A DNA stretch of 63,795 bases, the filler included, from Collodictyon triciliatum (Eukaryota), in the NCBI GenBank assembly GCA_043381765.1. It is 5 parts of 5 records of this genome, joined end to end, with 100 filler letters (N's around TTAATTAATTAA, not from the genome) between each part and the next. Parts side by side here need not be neighbours in the genome. Positions count along the whole stretch, not along the records: positions 29,141 to 43,586 come from JBHJMP010001814.1; positions 43,687 to 58,132 come from JBHJMP010001815.1; 3 more parts are not named here. One strand, 5' to 3'. The translations under genes were made by a program, and so were the position numbers. Positions within the stretch are counted from its first letter, which is position 1; each line of letters starts with the position of its first letter. Below the pieces are notes generated by a model that worked only from the letters and a program-made list of their open reading frames with translations, was not told the DNA's origin and made no database searches. Below, piece after piece: positions 36,484 through 48,855 of this stretch.

Positions 36484-36970
36484 CTATCACATGCCATGCC
36501 ATTATCTTTATATGCCACCACACGATTTTGCTTTGTCACCAAAGTTTCTCGTCAGGCAAAGTCGTTCCACTTTAGTTTCAACCTTTTCCAATCGTTTTTT
36601 TCTGCCTCTTCAATTTTTTTTTTTAAAAAAAAATATAAAATAGTTGGAGATACTATGGGATAAATATACTCGATAAGTTATAGGAGCTGAAAAAGAAGAA
36701 AAAGCAAAGAATGAAAAACCAAACAGAAAGCGAAGAAAAGAGAAAAGAGAAAAGAGAAAAGAGAAAAGGAGGTAAGATGGAGAACGGGAAAAAAAATAGA
36801 AAGAAGAGGGATGATTGCGCTTGTTTTAGTTTATTGCCAATAAAGCACAAAAAAAAAATGTGAACAAAAGTGAGTATACAATTCAGTTCATTATAAAAGG
36901 GTATTTTGCCATATATCAAATGAGGTCTGAGGCAAAAGTGAATGGGGTGACAACAACGTTAAAAAAAAAT

Positions 36971-39900
36971 TCAATCCTGAGTAATTGTTTCTCGGTACTG
37001 TGCAAGGAACGGGATGTGATGTTGAAGTGATTCGTGCAAAGAACATAGAGTAAAAGCTGAATCCAAAGACGAAATTCGAAGTATATCCTATGTTGGTGTG
37101 CTTTTTTTTTAAAAAAAAATCTAATAATATCCAAGTAACAAAGTTCTCCTATTCACTTTTCAAAAACCATATATATATATTATGAGACATACATCCTGGG
37201 CTTGAAATATGTCCTCGAATAGAATGTTCAATTCTCCCTCCAAGTTATCAGTTTCAGCATAGAAAGCACGCAAAGTCGAAATGTCACCCCTGAGCAATCA
37301 TCATAGATTAAAACAAAGTGGAATCAACACACCAAATACAAAAATGGAAGAGTGATGTTGAAACCAAGTCACTTTGTAGAGAAACAGCATGAAGTATTAT
37401 AAAACCTCGACATGGTATTGGTTGGACGACCAGATATATAATGCAATAATTTTTTCCCTCTATTAAGTTCATCTAAAACTGGACGCAAAGCAGAAAGCAA
37501 TACCTCGATCTTAAGTAAGAAGCATAACAATCCGCCAAAACAGGGCGCTCTTTAAAGCAATTAACAAAATCCTCGTGTTGCATAGTATCCTAATATGAAT
37601 AAAGAAGCGAGGGTAACTTAACCTGGTGGATTTTTTTATTTTGAATAATATTTTGATTTATATTCAAACTTTTTTTTGTAGAAAAATCAATTTATCGTTC
37701 AGTAACCGTAATAATGATGACTATTACCCGGAGATATAAAATGGAATAAGTCATTATATCCCAATCACAGCTGTTTTGATACTGGGCTAAGCATTCATCC
37801 AGAAGAGCCATTTTTTCTTTGGTGCCTCTGAAAAAGGATCAAGATATGGCATTTGGTTTTCTTTCAACATTCTTTTATTGAGTATATATGCATATATCTT
37901 ACTGGAAAGAGCTATGTAATTTCAATCGAAAGAGAATAAGTGAAAAAGATCAAATGTTTGCTGTGATCTATTTCTTAACATGACCTATAAATCGATAGAT
38001 ACCTTAGCGTGTGTATCAGAAAGCGGTAGGCCGGATTCTTTTTTATGTAAGTGATAATCAAACTTGGATTCAACGAATTTTTTTCAAGCCTCTCTAGGAT
38101 TTCCTTGTGAACGTCGCTTTGTCCTGATATTCAATTGAAGCTCAAGGTTGTGCATATGATGTTTGTTTATTTAACAACTTCTGCCTGGGTAATTGAATTT
38201 AGAAGGTGACCAAACCTTGTTGCTGTAATAATCTGTTAAAGGCATCCAATAGTGCATCCTTGTCTGACGCAAGAGTCTCTTGTTCAAAAGACGCTTTCTA
38301 TTCATTTATCCCGAGATTAAATTTCATTTCCATCCATAGAATAAGGAGAAATAAGGCAAAAAAAAAAAATGAATATATTTATAAGAATTCGGAACATATA
38401 CAAAGTTTCAAGGTGATGTGAGCATACCAATTTTTCTTCCAGAAGCTCTTTCTCCAAGCGCTGTTTCTGGAAAAATATAATTTGGTATTTACATGGAATA
38501 TACATTATATTATGAACATGAATGATATGGATAAGATAAGGATTACAGTAATAATAAACTGCTTGTGCGTATAGACCTGGAATTCATTTGAAATGAAATT
38601 ATACCTCTGATATCAAATGCTCATTCAGTTGAAATAGAGAAATGTTTCTATCAAGCATTTTGCCTTCCGATTGAAGCATCTTATTCAAATGTTCTTTCAA
38701 TATTTCAACCTCACCGACAAGTCGGTCATTTTCTGGGGAGAAAAATTAAGACATTGAGATGAAATTTGTGGGCAAAGAGATTCTGCAAGGTTGGAGGTAT
38801 AGCTTTTCCATAAAATTACTTTATGCAATATATATTAAATATCTTGAGGCATCTAACCTTTTGCGAGGATTGAAACTCGCTGTTCTAAAGATAAGTTCAA
38901 TGAAGATATCTATATTTTTTTAAAATAAAAATAATAATAATTCAACACGTATCGTTTGGCAGCATTTCGATATTTCATGAGATTAGTCATTATGTGTTCC
39001 ATGATTTGCTATAATTGGTTTTCGAATAAATTCTTATTATATATTGTTTTCCTTTGCATATCAGTATATATTTCAAAAGGAGCCCTTTCGAACAAATTGA
39101 CGCCAATTTACCGTCGCATATTGCAATACTTGTTTTGTCATTTGGCATACCTCATCAATTGTTTCTTTTTGTTTTTTAAACAATTTTTGCCAATTTCTTT
39201 GATTTGTTTCAACAATGTTCCTCATTTCCTCCATCTCTTTCCTGTACTGGTCATTTTCGCTCATCAATTGGGCCTATGATGAAATCATTATTATTCTGAT
39301 GTTAGAGAATACCTTAAATTGAATGAAGGGGTAAACATTATAAGGATAGTGATACATCGGGTATATAAGAATCAAAATTGTGAGGGACGGGTGATTTAAG
39401 ATATATATCGCAGACTTAAATCTGATGAAATATTCTACCTTGTAAAAAAATAGATATAATAAAGGAAAAAGAGCTTGGTGAATGCGCTTATAGTCAATTC
39501 TAGTTTCATCTTACTTGGTTTTTCATGTGTCTATTGAGCTCTCCCAGAAGTGCATCCTTCTCATCTGAAAAAAAAAAGTGAATAAAATGGCCATCAAAAT
39601 GGCCATCACCATGTGATTTTGGTGCTGACGATCAGCTTCATTTTCTTGCACATTTTAAAAGAAAAAGAAAAAAGAAAGGAAAAAAAAAAGAAAAGGAAGG
39701 CATTGATATCATTTCCCTTACTCTCCCAGTTTGTTTCAGACTCTATAATAGATGGAATATTCGATATTATAGATGAGCGCGCTGTTTCACTTTTGATTGA
39801 ATTGATAATAATTAATACAGAGAGGATTTAATCAAAAATATTCGGGAGTCAAATGGTTGTATGAACTTATGTTATACTTAAAAACAAAAAACTCTTTGAA

Positions 39901-42044
39901 TCGAATAAAGGAAAAAATATTTTTCAAAAAAAAAAATCTGCTTAGTGGTGATTGTTGGGTCCTATTGATGGACTAACGAAAATATTTTGTCACCTGTTTT
40001 CCATTTTTAAACTGCTCGGGGTCTTGGGGGTACGAGGAGAACTAGCTGACTTGACAAACATTTTTCGAATTGATGTCATGAGGCTTGGAGAAGAGGCTGC
40101 CGAGTTTCTTTCCAATCCAATAGGTGTTCTACTCTCTGAATTTAAAAGTTTGTTAACAAATAATTGTTCATAAGAATTAAAAACTTAAAACAAAATTGTT
40201 TCCGGAACCTTTAAAAAATACATATAATGGGTTCAGCTTTGATATGGTGGGAATTCTAGAGAAAATGAAATAACAGGAAATTATGAGGCATATACGATAA
40301 CTCCGTGAACACTCCATAGAAAAGCAAGAAAAGCAAGAAAAGAAAAAAAGAAAATGAGAATTAATTTAAACAGGGTTGCTTACCATCTTTAACCTCTGCT
40401 TTGGGTGTTTCATCCATAAGAGAGCGAAGATCGGCAGACAAACGAGACACATCGGTTTCCAAGTACTCAGTGAATCCATCAGCCGATGTGACGTCGGGTC
40501 CGTTTCCTTTCAAATGTGGGGATTCTACGCTCCCATCCATACTTTCGTGTATTTCATCGCCCACATCAGCTTTCTCGCCAACAGGTGTTGCTAGCGCTGA
40601 TGCATTTGTTGATGGCGTTGATGGTGTGCGACTCATGGCTGTCGGGGTCATGGGCGGCTGACTCGCACTTAGAGCAGGAGGTGCAGCTGGCTCTGATGCT
40701 GGAATTGGACTGCCAGAGAATTTCGGTACAATCCTCCCGGTGGGAGTCTTCGCCATGTTTACTTCCTGAGTGTGATCTGATGGTCTTGAAGGATTTGCTT
40801 GGACTGCGGATGAATTGAACTTCATTCTGGTCTGAGGAGATGCAAAACCTTGCTCTGAATTGGAAGATTGTCGGCAAAATTTTTGTTAGCTATTGACTCC
40901 ATATAGAAAAGGATAGAATATAGAGCGAATCACAAGAGTCAAGTCGAAGAGAAAGCGCGATATCATGGATTATTTGGTTGAATGATATTGAGAGAAGCAT
41001 GATTCATGAAATGTTGAATTTGTTATGTTGTTATGACCTCAAGTGGGTAAAAGCTAGAAGGCGGGGCGAGGAATGAACATAGAATCCGAATAAACTCACG
41101 ACTCATTCCTTGCCCAATATTTGCGAAAGCTGAAACTGGACGAACATTATCACCGCCTTTGGTTGTTTGAAGATATGTTTCATTGGAAGGCCCCTGTGTA
41201 GAGAATCTTTGGGGTGTGGATGGCTGTACGGTGCTTGAGGTTGTTAATTCAGTGACAACCCCAAGAGAATTGCGATGTCTAAAAATAAAAAGCCATTGTT
41301 TAAAAAAAAATGCACATCGAATCAGCTCATCATATTTTTATATTGAAGAAAGAATGACAGGCTGAACACCAGGTATTTTTTTCTTTTTCTATTTTTGGAG
41401 AGGGTATGAGAAACTTGGTAAGAGTCAAATAAAACTTTTTTGCGCTTTCCTTCGGATTAATAACCCCTGACTACGTTTGATCATTCCATTGGAACTATCA
41501 ACGTCTTCATTCTGTGTCACTTCACCACAACCTCGTCAAAGAAAACATGTATATGAACCAATACTTTGAGCTTCATTTGCTTCTCTCTTTTCCTATTTCC
41601 TATTTCCTTTTTCCTTTTTCCTTTTTCCTTTTTCCTTTTTCCTTTTTCCTTTTTCCTTTTTCCTTTTTCCTTTTTCCTTTTTCCTTTTTCCTTTTTCCTT
41701 TTTCCATTTTCCTTTTTTATGTATATTTTGTATATCTACACATGATACACTGATAATTTGTTATAACCTTTGGTATATATCTTATCGTCATTTTTCATTC
41801 CTCTTTTCTTGCGTTCGTCAGATAAAAGCAGAAGCACAGACAAAACAATCGCCAAAGAGTAGATGAATCGCAAGTAATTACGGTGGCGGAGTGCTCGGAG
41901 CAATAACAGAGGCTGGGCGGGTCGATCTCAGATCCCCACGTCTACCCGGGCCGCTGTTGTAACTGGAGCCCGTGGATACTGAACTTGGCCGAGACATTAC
42001 CTTTGCACAGTCTTTCTTTGACCCTCTTTGCTCCCGAAACGAAT
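36971..42044 (-). CDS. Ser/Pro-rich disordered + coiled-coil protein with Vps16_C/VIPAS39-like helical C-terminus; many exons
   Basis: Phase-consistent GT-AG exons; coiled coil (NEKDALLGELNRHMKNQAQLMSENDQYRKEMEEMR...); tail LRGTKEKMALLDECL...SILYLRDTMQHEDFVNCFKERPVLADCYASYLRSRGDISTLRAFY; 5' end uncertain. Confidence 0.65.
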
Positions 42045-42166
42045 CTGTAAGTGATTAATGATTAAGAGGCGTTGGTTGGCAGAGAAAAGAACGTAGACTG
42101 GCCTTTGCTCTATGTGCCAGCTGCGTATTGGTGGACTTTGTCATCTTTATCATAATCGGCAAGAAT

Positions 42167-42640
42167 GAAAAGAGAAAAAAAGAGAAAAAAAGAGAAAAAA
42201 AAGAAAAAAAAGAAAAAAGAGAAAAAAGAGAAAAAAAGAGAAAAAAGAGAAAAAAAAGAGAAAAAAAGAGAAAAAAAGAGAAAAAAAGAGAAAAAAGAGA
42301 AAAAAAGAGGAAAAAAGAGAAAAAAGAGAAAAAAAGAGAAAAAAAGAGAAAAAAGAGAAAAAAAGAGAAAAAAGAGAAAAAAAGAAAAAAGAGAAAAAAA
42401 AGAAAAAAGAGAAAAAAAGAGAAAAAAGAGAAAAAAAGAGAAAAAAAGAGAAAAAAAGAGAAAAAAAGAGAAAAAAAGACAAAAAAGAGGAAAAAGAGGA
42501 AAAAAAGAGAAAATACGAAAAGAGAAAAAAAAGAGAAAAAAAGAGAAAAAGAGAAAAAAAAGAGAAAAAAAAGAGAAAAAAAAGAGAAAAAAAAGGAAAA
42601 AAAGAGAAAAAAAAGAGAAAAAAGAGAAAGAGAGAGAAAA
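42167..42640. repeat. A/G-only low-complexity repeat (AAAAAAAGAG-like)
   Basis: Visible; source of spurious K/E/R and F/S/L ORFs. Confidence 0.95.
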
Positions 42641-42781
42641 TACGAAACATGAGACACATCTTATGGCCTTGCCAATGACCGACAACGACACACAACACAA
42701 AATTGATAGAGAAATGTGGATAAAGAGGAAGGAACCAGGAAACAAGTTGTTTTCGATCGGGAAAATGTTTTCGCTTTGAGG

Positions 42782-43279
42782 ATGGAAGAACCGTCCCACA
42801 GAAACGGGCAACCAAAGGCAACCAAAACACAACGCAAGTTTTCAGGAACTGTGCAACCCAGCCTTTCCCTCTTTCATCTGACCAACGAGTCTCTTCGTAG
42901 TCCAGGCAGAGAAGAAGCACAGCCGCTCGACTTGGAGCATTCTTTTTCCGCGCCTCCGATCAGCAGAGCAGACACAAAGCAACGCCGAGAATCCGCCAGA
43001 GTCTTTGTGCAGCATTCCTCTATGGTTCGTGAAGCCCTCCTTGTCGCTGCCTTTGGCGCCGTGGCAAGTGGGCTGCTTTGGTGGCAAAGACAACAGGCAC
43101 CAGAAACGGACCACGAAGGCGCCTTGGAGTCGATCGCCTCGACGCTTGTTTTGGGCGCAAAAACAGGCGACGAAAAACCAGAGAGCAGCCAGACCTTGGG
43201 CAAAGGATCCGCAGGTGCAAAGGCTGGTGCGCCAGAAAACAATCAGCAGTATGTCGCACAAGTGAATCAGTGCATGCAG
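42782..43279 (+). CDS. First exon of hypothetical single-TM protein, truncated by scaffold end
   Basis: ORF with TM segment ALLVAAFGAVASGLLWW, ending at CAG|GTATGT donor. Confidence 0.5.
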
Positions 43280-43586
43280 GTATGTCTTTTATTTGTTTTG
43301 TGGATACGGGTGAGATGCTGGTAAAATGGTATTGGTGGGGAATAGGTGAACTCAGCCTTCTTTTTCTCTCTCTTTTTTCTCTCTCTTTTTTCTCTCTCTT
43401 TTTTCTCTTTCTTTTTTCTCTTTCTTTTTTCTCTCTCTTTTTTCTCTCTCTTTTTTCTCTCTCTTTTTTCTCTCTTTTTTCTCTCTCTTTTTTCTCTCTT
43501 TTTTTTCTCTCTTTTTTTTCTCTCTTTTTTTTCTCTCTTTTTTTTCTCTCTTTTTTTTCTCTCTTTTTTTTCTCTCTTTTTTTTCT

Positions 43587-43686
43587 NNNNNNNNNNNNNN
43601 NNNNNNNNNNNNNNNNNNNNNNNNNNNNNNTTAATTAATTAANNNNNNNNNNNNNNNNNNNNNNNNNNNNNNNNNNNNNNNNNNNN
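43587..43686. other. Artificial scaffold-joining spacer N44-TTAATTAATTAA-N44
   Basis: Same 100-nt structure. Confidence 0.97.
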
Positions 43687-43761
<75 letters not shown>

Positions 43762-43813
43762 AAAAAAAACAAAAAACAAAAAACAGAAATAAAACAAAAA
43801 AATTGCCTGCAGG

Positions 43814-46800
43814 ATGGAGTCCAGCCAAGGCAACCCACCGAAAGCTGCTGCTCCCTTCAGCTTCGGAGCGCCCCAAGCTGCAGTCCCGCTTCCCAGCCAC
43901 CCAAACACGGCAACTTTCCACCAAGTCTACTTTCAAGGACCGGGCCAACAATTCCAAGTCCGATCATCATTTTCACTGCCCGAACACAACCACACGCAGT
44001 CCGATTCCACACACGTGATCAGACCCGTTCCGATCCACGCGGCCACACCTGAAGCAGGCGGATTATTTGGCTCACAGCCAAAGGTGCCATCAAACGAGCT
44101 GCTATTCCATACACCTGTCTTTCCCCAACCGCAAGCCTTCTCAACACACAGCGTTTCGTTGGCCCCTATATCCCCAACACAACCTCACTCCCACTCGCAC
44201 TCCCACTCGCACTCCCAACCTCAATCACAGTCAATACCACTATATCAAGCTCAATCCCAACCACAAACAATATTCCAACCACAATCCCAATCCCAATCTC
44301 AATCTCAATCTCAATCACTGCAACAACCTCAGCCTCTGACAACATCAACTCAAGGCTCAGTTACCAGTACAGGCATAAATCCGCATTTGCTAACCCCAAC
44401 TCACACCATGCATCATCCACTGAATCCAATGACCCACCCAAGCGCAGCACAGAGCAGAGGACTGGAATCCAGCTTCGATAGCACCCAGATACATTCAGAT
44501 AGTGCAAACGGCTTCATGTCAGGATCATACCCGCTCAGGCAAAACACCACACGTGTAAACCCGTCTGCACCCGAGGGACAATCCATCATTTCCGCTCATT
44601 ACGGCGGAATCTCTGGTGCGCTGAGTAGCCCATCCACCCAAAATCCGATTCCCCCTTTTCTTTCAAAGACTTACGACATTGTAGACGACCCAGAGACAAA
44701 CGACATCGTATCTTGGAGTAATAACGAAAGCAGCTTTGTGGTCCACAAGCCAATCGAATTCTCTAGAGACATCCTGCCCAAGCATTTCAAACACAACAAT
44801 TTTTCGTCGTTTATTCGCCAATTGAATACATATGGTTTCCACAAGCTGGACCCCGACCGATGGGAATTCAGCCACCCTTCCTTCCGACACGGTCACAAAG
44901 ATTTTCTTCGTCATATTTCTAGACGCAGAACGAATCCCTCTTTACCTACACCAAACGCTCCAAGAAGCCACACGGTTGAGATTGGAAATTTTGGGAATCA
45001 CGACGAGCTGGAGCAGCTGCGAAGAGATCGAGACTTGCTTGTTGCAGAACTGGTAAATCTGAGACAAGAGGGCCATAATATGCAGCAATTACTCCAAAAA
45101 TTCGTACAGGAGATGGATGATAACAAAAGGAAAACATCGGAAATAAATAAGAGAGTGGATAGAGTCTTGAACTTTCTGCAGCTTTTAATACAACCAGGTA
45201 TATATGTTAAAAAATGAACCTTATAAGCGAATAAAATCAGCATTTTTCTTTTAAAAAATTATGCTGGATAGTATGATATTTGTACAATATTTGTACGGTG
45301 TCATTTTCTCTTCTTTAAAAAAGAACGTCCTATAGGTGGAGGTGGGGCAGTCGGTTTATTTCTTAAGAAAAGGAGACGCGCCGAGGGAATAAGTCCNNNN
45401 NNNNNNNNNNNNNNNNNNNNNNNNNNNNNNNNNNNNNNNNNNNNNNNNNNNNNNNNNNNNNNNNNNNNNNNNNNNNNNNNNNNNNNNNNNNNNNNNNNNN
45501 NNNNNNNNNNNNNNNNNNNNNNNNNNNNNNNNNNNNNNNNNNNNNNNNNNNNNNNNNNNNNNNNNNNNNNNNNNNNNNNNNNNNNNNNNNNNNNNNNNNN
45601 NNNNNNNNNNNNNNNNNNNNNNNNNNNNNNNNNNNNNNNNNNNNNNNNNNNNNNNNNNNNNNNNNNNNNNNNNNNNNNNNNNNNNNNNNNNNNNNNNNNN
45701 NNNNNNNNNNNNNNNNNNNNNNNNNNNNNNNNNNNNNNNNNNNNNNNNNNNNNNNNNNNNNNNNNNNNNNNNNNNACTGAGCTATCACTCTTGGAGTCGA
45801 ACACAACCAGACTTCAAGATTTCGAGGATATTATCATGGATATCGTTGATTCAAGACAGGATTTACTAACTAGACCATTCAACCCCAATAGCTTCTCTAT
45901 TCGCGAGATACAAGAAATTCGAGACGGAGAAGCGTGGACACCCAACCAGGCCACCAATGTCGCATCTCCACTCGATAGTCCATCTCCACATCCATCGCAG
46001 CCACAATCACATATTAAAATGCAGCTGCAAGCACAGACAACCCAAAAACAGCAGCAACATCTACCACCAAGATTCTCTGCAGCTAGTGTAGCTCAAACTC
46101 ACACGAAGATGACCCCAGGACCCTCTAATATGCACATTCCCCAAAGTCCCCCAAATATTACAACACCCTCCTCTTCAACACCTCAGCATTACCAAAAGCT
46201 GGAGCATATATCTACCAACACACCCATGAATTCTTTGCAAAACCAAAGTGGACAACTATATCAACAAGGACAATCGCCTGTATACTCTGGTCCGTCGTAT
46301 AACCCCGCTGTGCCACCAAACACATCTTACTCATCACAACCACAAATATCACAAGCACAATCGCAAGCACAGTCGCAATCACAGCCACAGTATACATACC
46401 ACACTGGGCAGTCAAAAGGCCATCATCACCAACAAACGCAACCAGAGTACAGAAACCCAGCCCAAGAAATATCTAGTTCTCGTCCAGGAAATGTTGGCAT
46501 CGAAGATGATGTAGAAACAGAGGTCGAGATATCCATTGCAAATCCATATCCCACTTCTAATCATCCAGACGCTCATACGACCACTTACCGCTTTTCACAA
46601 ACACATATGCAAACGCCCTCACACCACAGCCAAGGTCTTTCTCAGTCCCAAGACCAAAGACTTATGCAATCAGCCTCCGGGCCGATGCCTTCTCATTCCT
46701 CGTTTCATTCCCACGGAAGCCTATATGCACACCCAATCGGACAAATACAATCGCAATCGCATTCTCAATCCCAACTTCAACCACAATCTCAACCTCAATC

Positions 46801-47940
46801 TCAATCTCAATCTCAATCTCAATCTCAATCTCAATCTCAATCTCAATCTCAATCTCAATCTCAACCTCAATCACAGCCACAATCACAACCACAATCTCAA
46901 CCTCAATCACAACCACAATCACAATCACACGCACACACAGAGGCAATGAGCCCCATCATCTCGAGACAAGGACGAGGACAGACTCAGACGCAGGCAAACT
47001 ACGAACAAGGGTACCGGCACTTCGCAAACGCTTCTCCCCACTCACAAATGCTCAGCGAGCCTTACAAAGGCATCGAGACACAGGAGGAAAATCGCCGGTT
47101 TATATCGCCAAACGTAATCCAATATCAGCTGGCAGGCCCACGCCAAGGATATACGCAATCTCACCATCCTGCATCGTACCCACAAAGCACGCTAGGAGAG
47201 ATCCAGCACCTCTCGTCGCCACACCTACAGACACTCGGCTTCCAAAACCCTCGACTGCCTTATCAATCGCCCATCCAGCAGAACATGTCCATCGCTTCGG
47301 GTAATCTATATGAATCTCAGGGGCACCGTGGAGTGGAGGCTTTCTCTCCATCGAGTCTGTACAACCACTTAGGTGCTGGGGAAGGCGGTCAGGACAATTT
47401 CCTGGAGGACTTTGAGGTTAACACGACACAGTTTGATGAAACTCTGGGGCATAGTGATATTCACTCCAAAGGCAGAGGCGATGCCAGGTCCAATTTTTAT
47501 CACCTCGAATATGCTAAATATGTTTATTCATTTTATCCATTGTTTCCTTTCCTTTCCTTTCCTTTCCTTTCCTTTCCTTTCCTTTCCTTTCCTTTCCTTT
47601 CCTTTCCTTTCCTTTCCTTTCCTTTCCTTTCCTTTCCTTTCCTTTCCTTTAATTTTTCCTTTATTTGCCCACTTCAATAGTTTAATATGATGCGTATAAA
47701 ATAATATCAGGACGATGATGTGATGTGATGTCACTTATCGGAAATATAATTATATGAAAAATCATTTCAATTTTCCTTTTCCTTTTCCTTTAATTAGACC
47801 CACATTTTTTCTCTTTTCTCTTTTTTTTTTTCTCTCACGTAAAAGAAAATTAATCCATCATATAATATCACAGCAAAGGCCACAATGCGGGTGACCATTA
47901 CTCCAGCGGAGGATACAAGCCCCAGTCACCAATAAATTAG
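43814..47940 (+). CDS. HSF: Heat shock transcription factor with long Q/S/P/H-rich extensions; spans N gap 45397-45775
   Basis: DBD PPFLSKTYDIVDDPETNDIVSWS...FKHNNFSSFIRQLNTYGFHKLDPDRWEF; HR-A/B coiled coil; NLS KKRRR; continuity with the 629-aa Q/S-rich ORF and the last exon is inferred across the gap. Confidence 0.88.
47541..47650. repeat. (TTTCC)n microsatellite, probably in the last HSF intron
   Basis: Visible. Confidence 0.93.
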
Positions 47941-48855
47941 TTCATCCTTTTTTAAACATGCATGTCCTATTTTCTTTGCTTTTCTATCAACTTCCTCTGC
48001 ACCGCACGTCTCTTTCTTTTCACCGTTTTTTTTCTTCTCGAAGCATCGAAAGATTGACGGGATTTTCGCATCAAAAAGAAAGAGGAAAGGTAGAAAATCG
48101 TGGGGTTCTTCGCCTCTTCGAAACAACCGCTCACTTTAAAAATACAATCAGACTTCACTGATACAATTTCCAAAGAAAAAAAATAAACTATCATCAGAAA
48201 AAGTTCGAAAGCAACCACTTCATATTTATGTCGGTTTGGTTACACCTAACCGATTCTTTATGCAGTGAGCTGGTGGCGAAAAATTAAAAAAAAAAACTGA
48301 TGGCACCAGCCGCTTCCATAGGGATCTCACATATGATAGTATTTTTGAAAATGAAAAGTAAATGCATAGATATGCGCTACCCGCAAAAATAATCAAGGTA
48401 TTCTTCACTCTTCTTGTCCTTGCCTCCCAGTGCTTGGCTCTTTTGGGGTAATCACGAGTCGTGTGAAACATACCGTACCAAATAAATTATTATCATATTT
48501 TAGGTACAGTAAATATTATATTGTATATTTGTGGTCTTTTCTTAATTTGGGATGATTTCCCTTTAACACAAAACAAATCAAAAGGCCATTATTCGTTACG
48601 CATTAGTCCCTTTGATAAGCAGGGCACCTGGTCTCATTTTTTTTTCCTCCTTTTCTTTTCATATTCTTTTATGTTTCCTTTTTTCTCCTTTTCTCCTTTT
48701 CTCCTTTTCTTTCCCTTTTTCTTTTTCTTTTCTTTTTTCTTTTCTTTTTTCTTATATTTTTTCTTTTATATTTATCTGCACATCCGGCCAATTGAAGAGT
48801 AACAACCAATTTCCCTTGGCTTAGTGATCGCTTTTGCCACTGAAAGTATCCAGGG

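Noticed and set aside
42055-42920. K/E/R-rich and F/S/L-rich ORFs
   Set aside because: Low-complexity A/G repeat translations
47519-47874. Possible AT-AG intron (AA|ATATGT) at the HSF 3' end
   Set aside because: A canonical phase-2 donor GCCAG|GTCC just upstream gives the same frame
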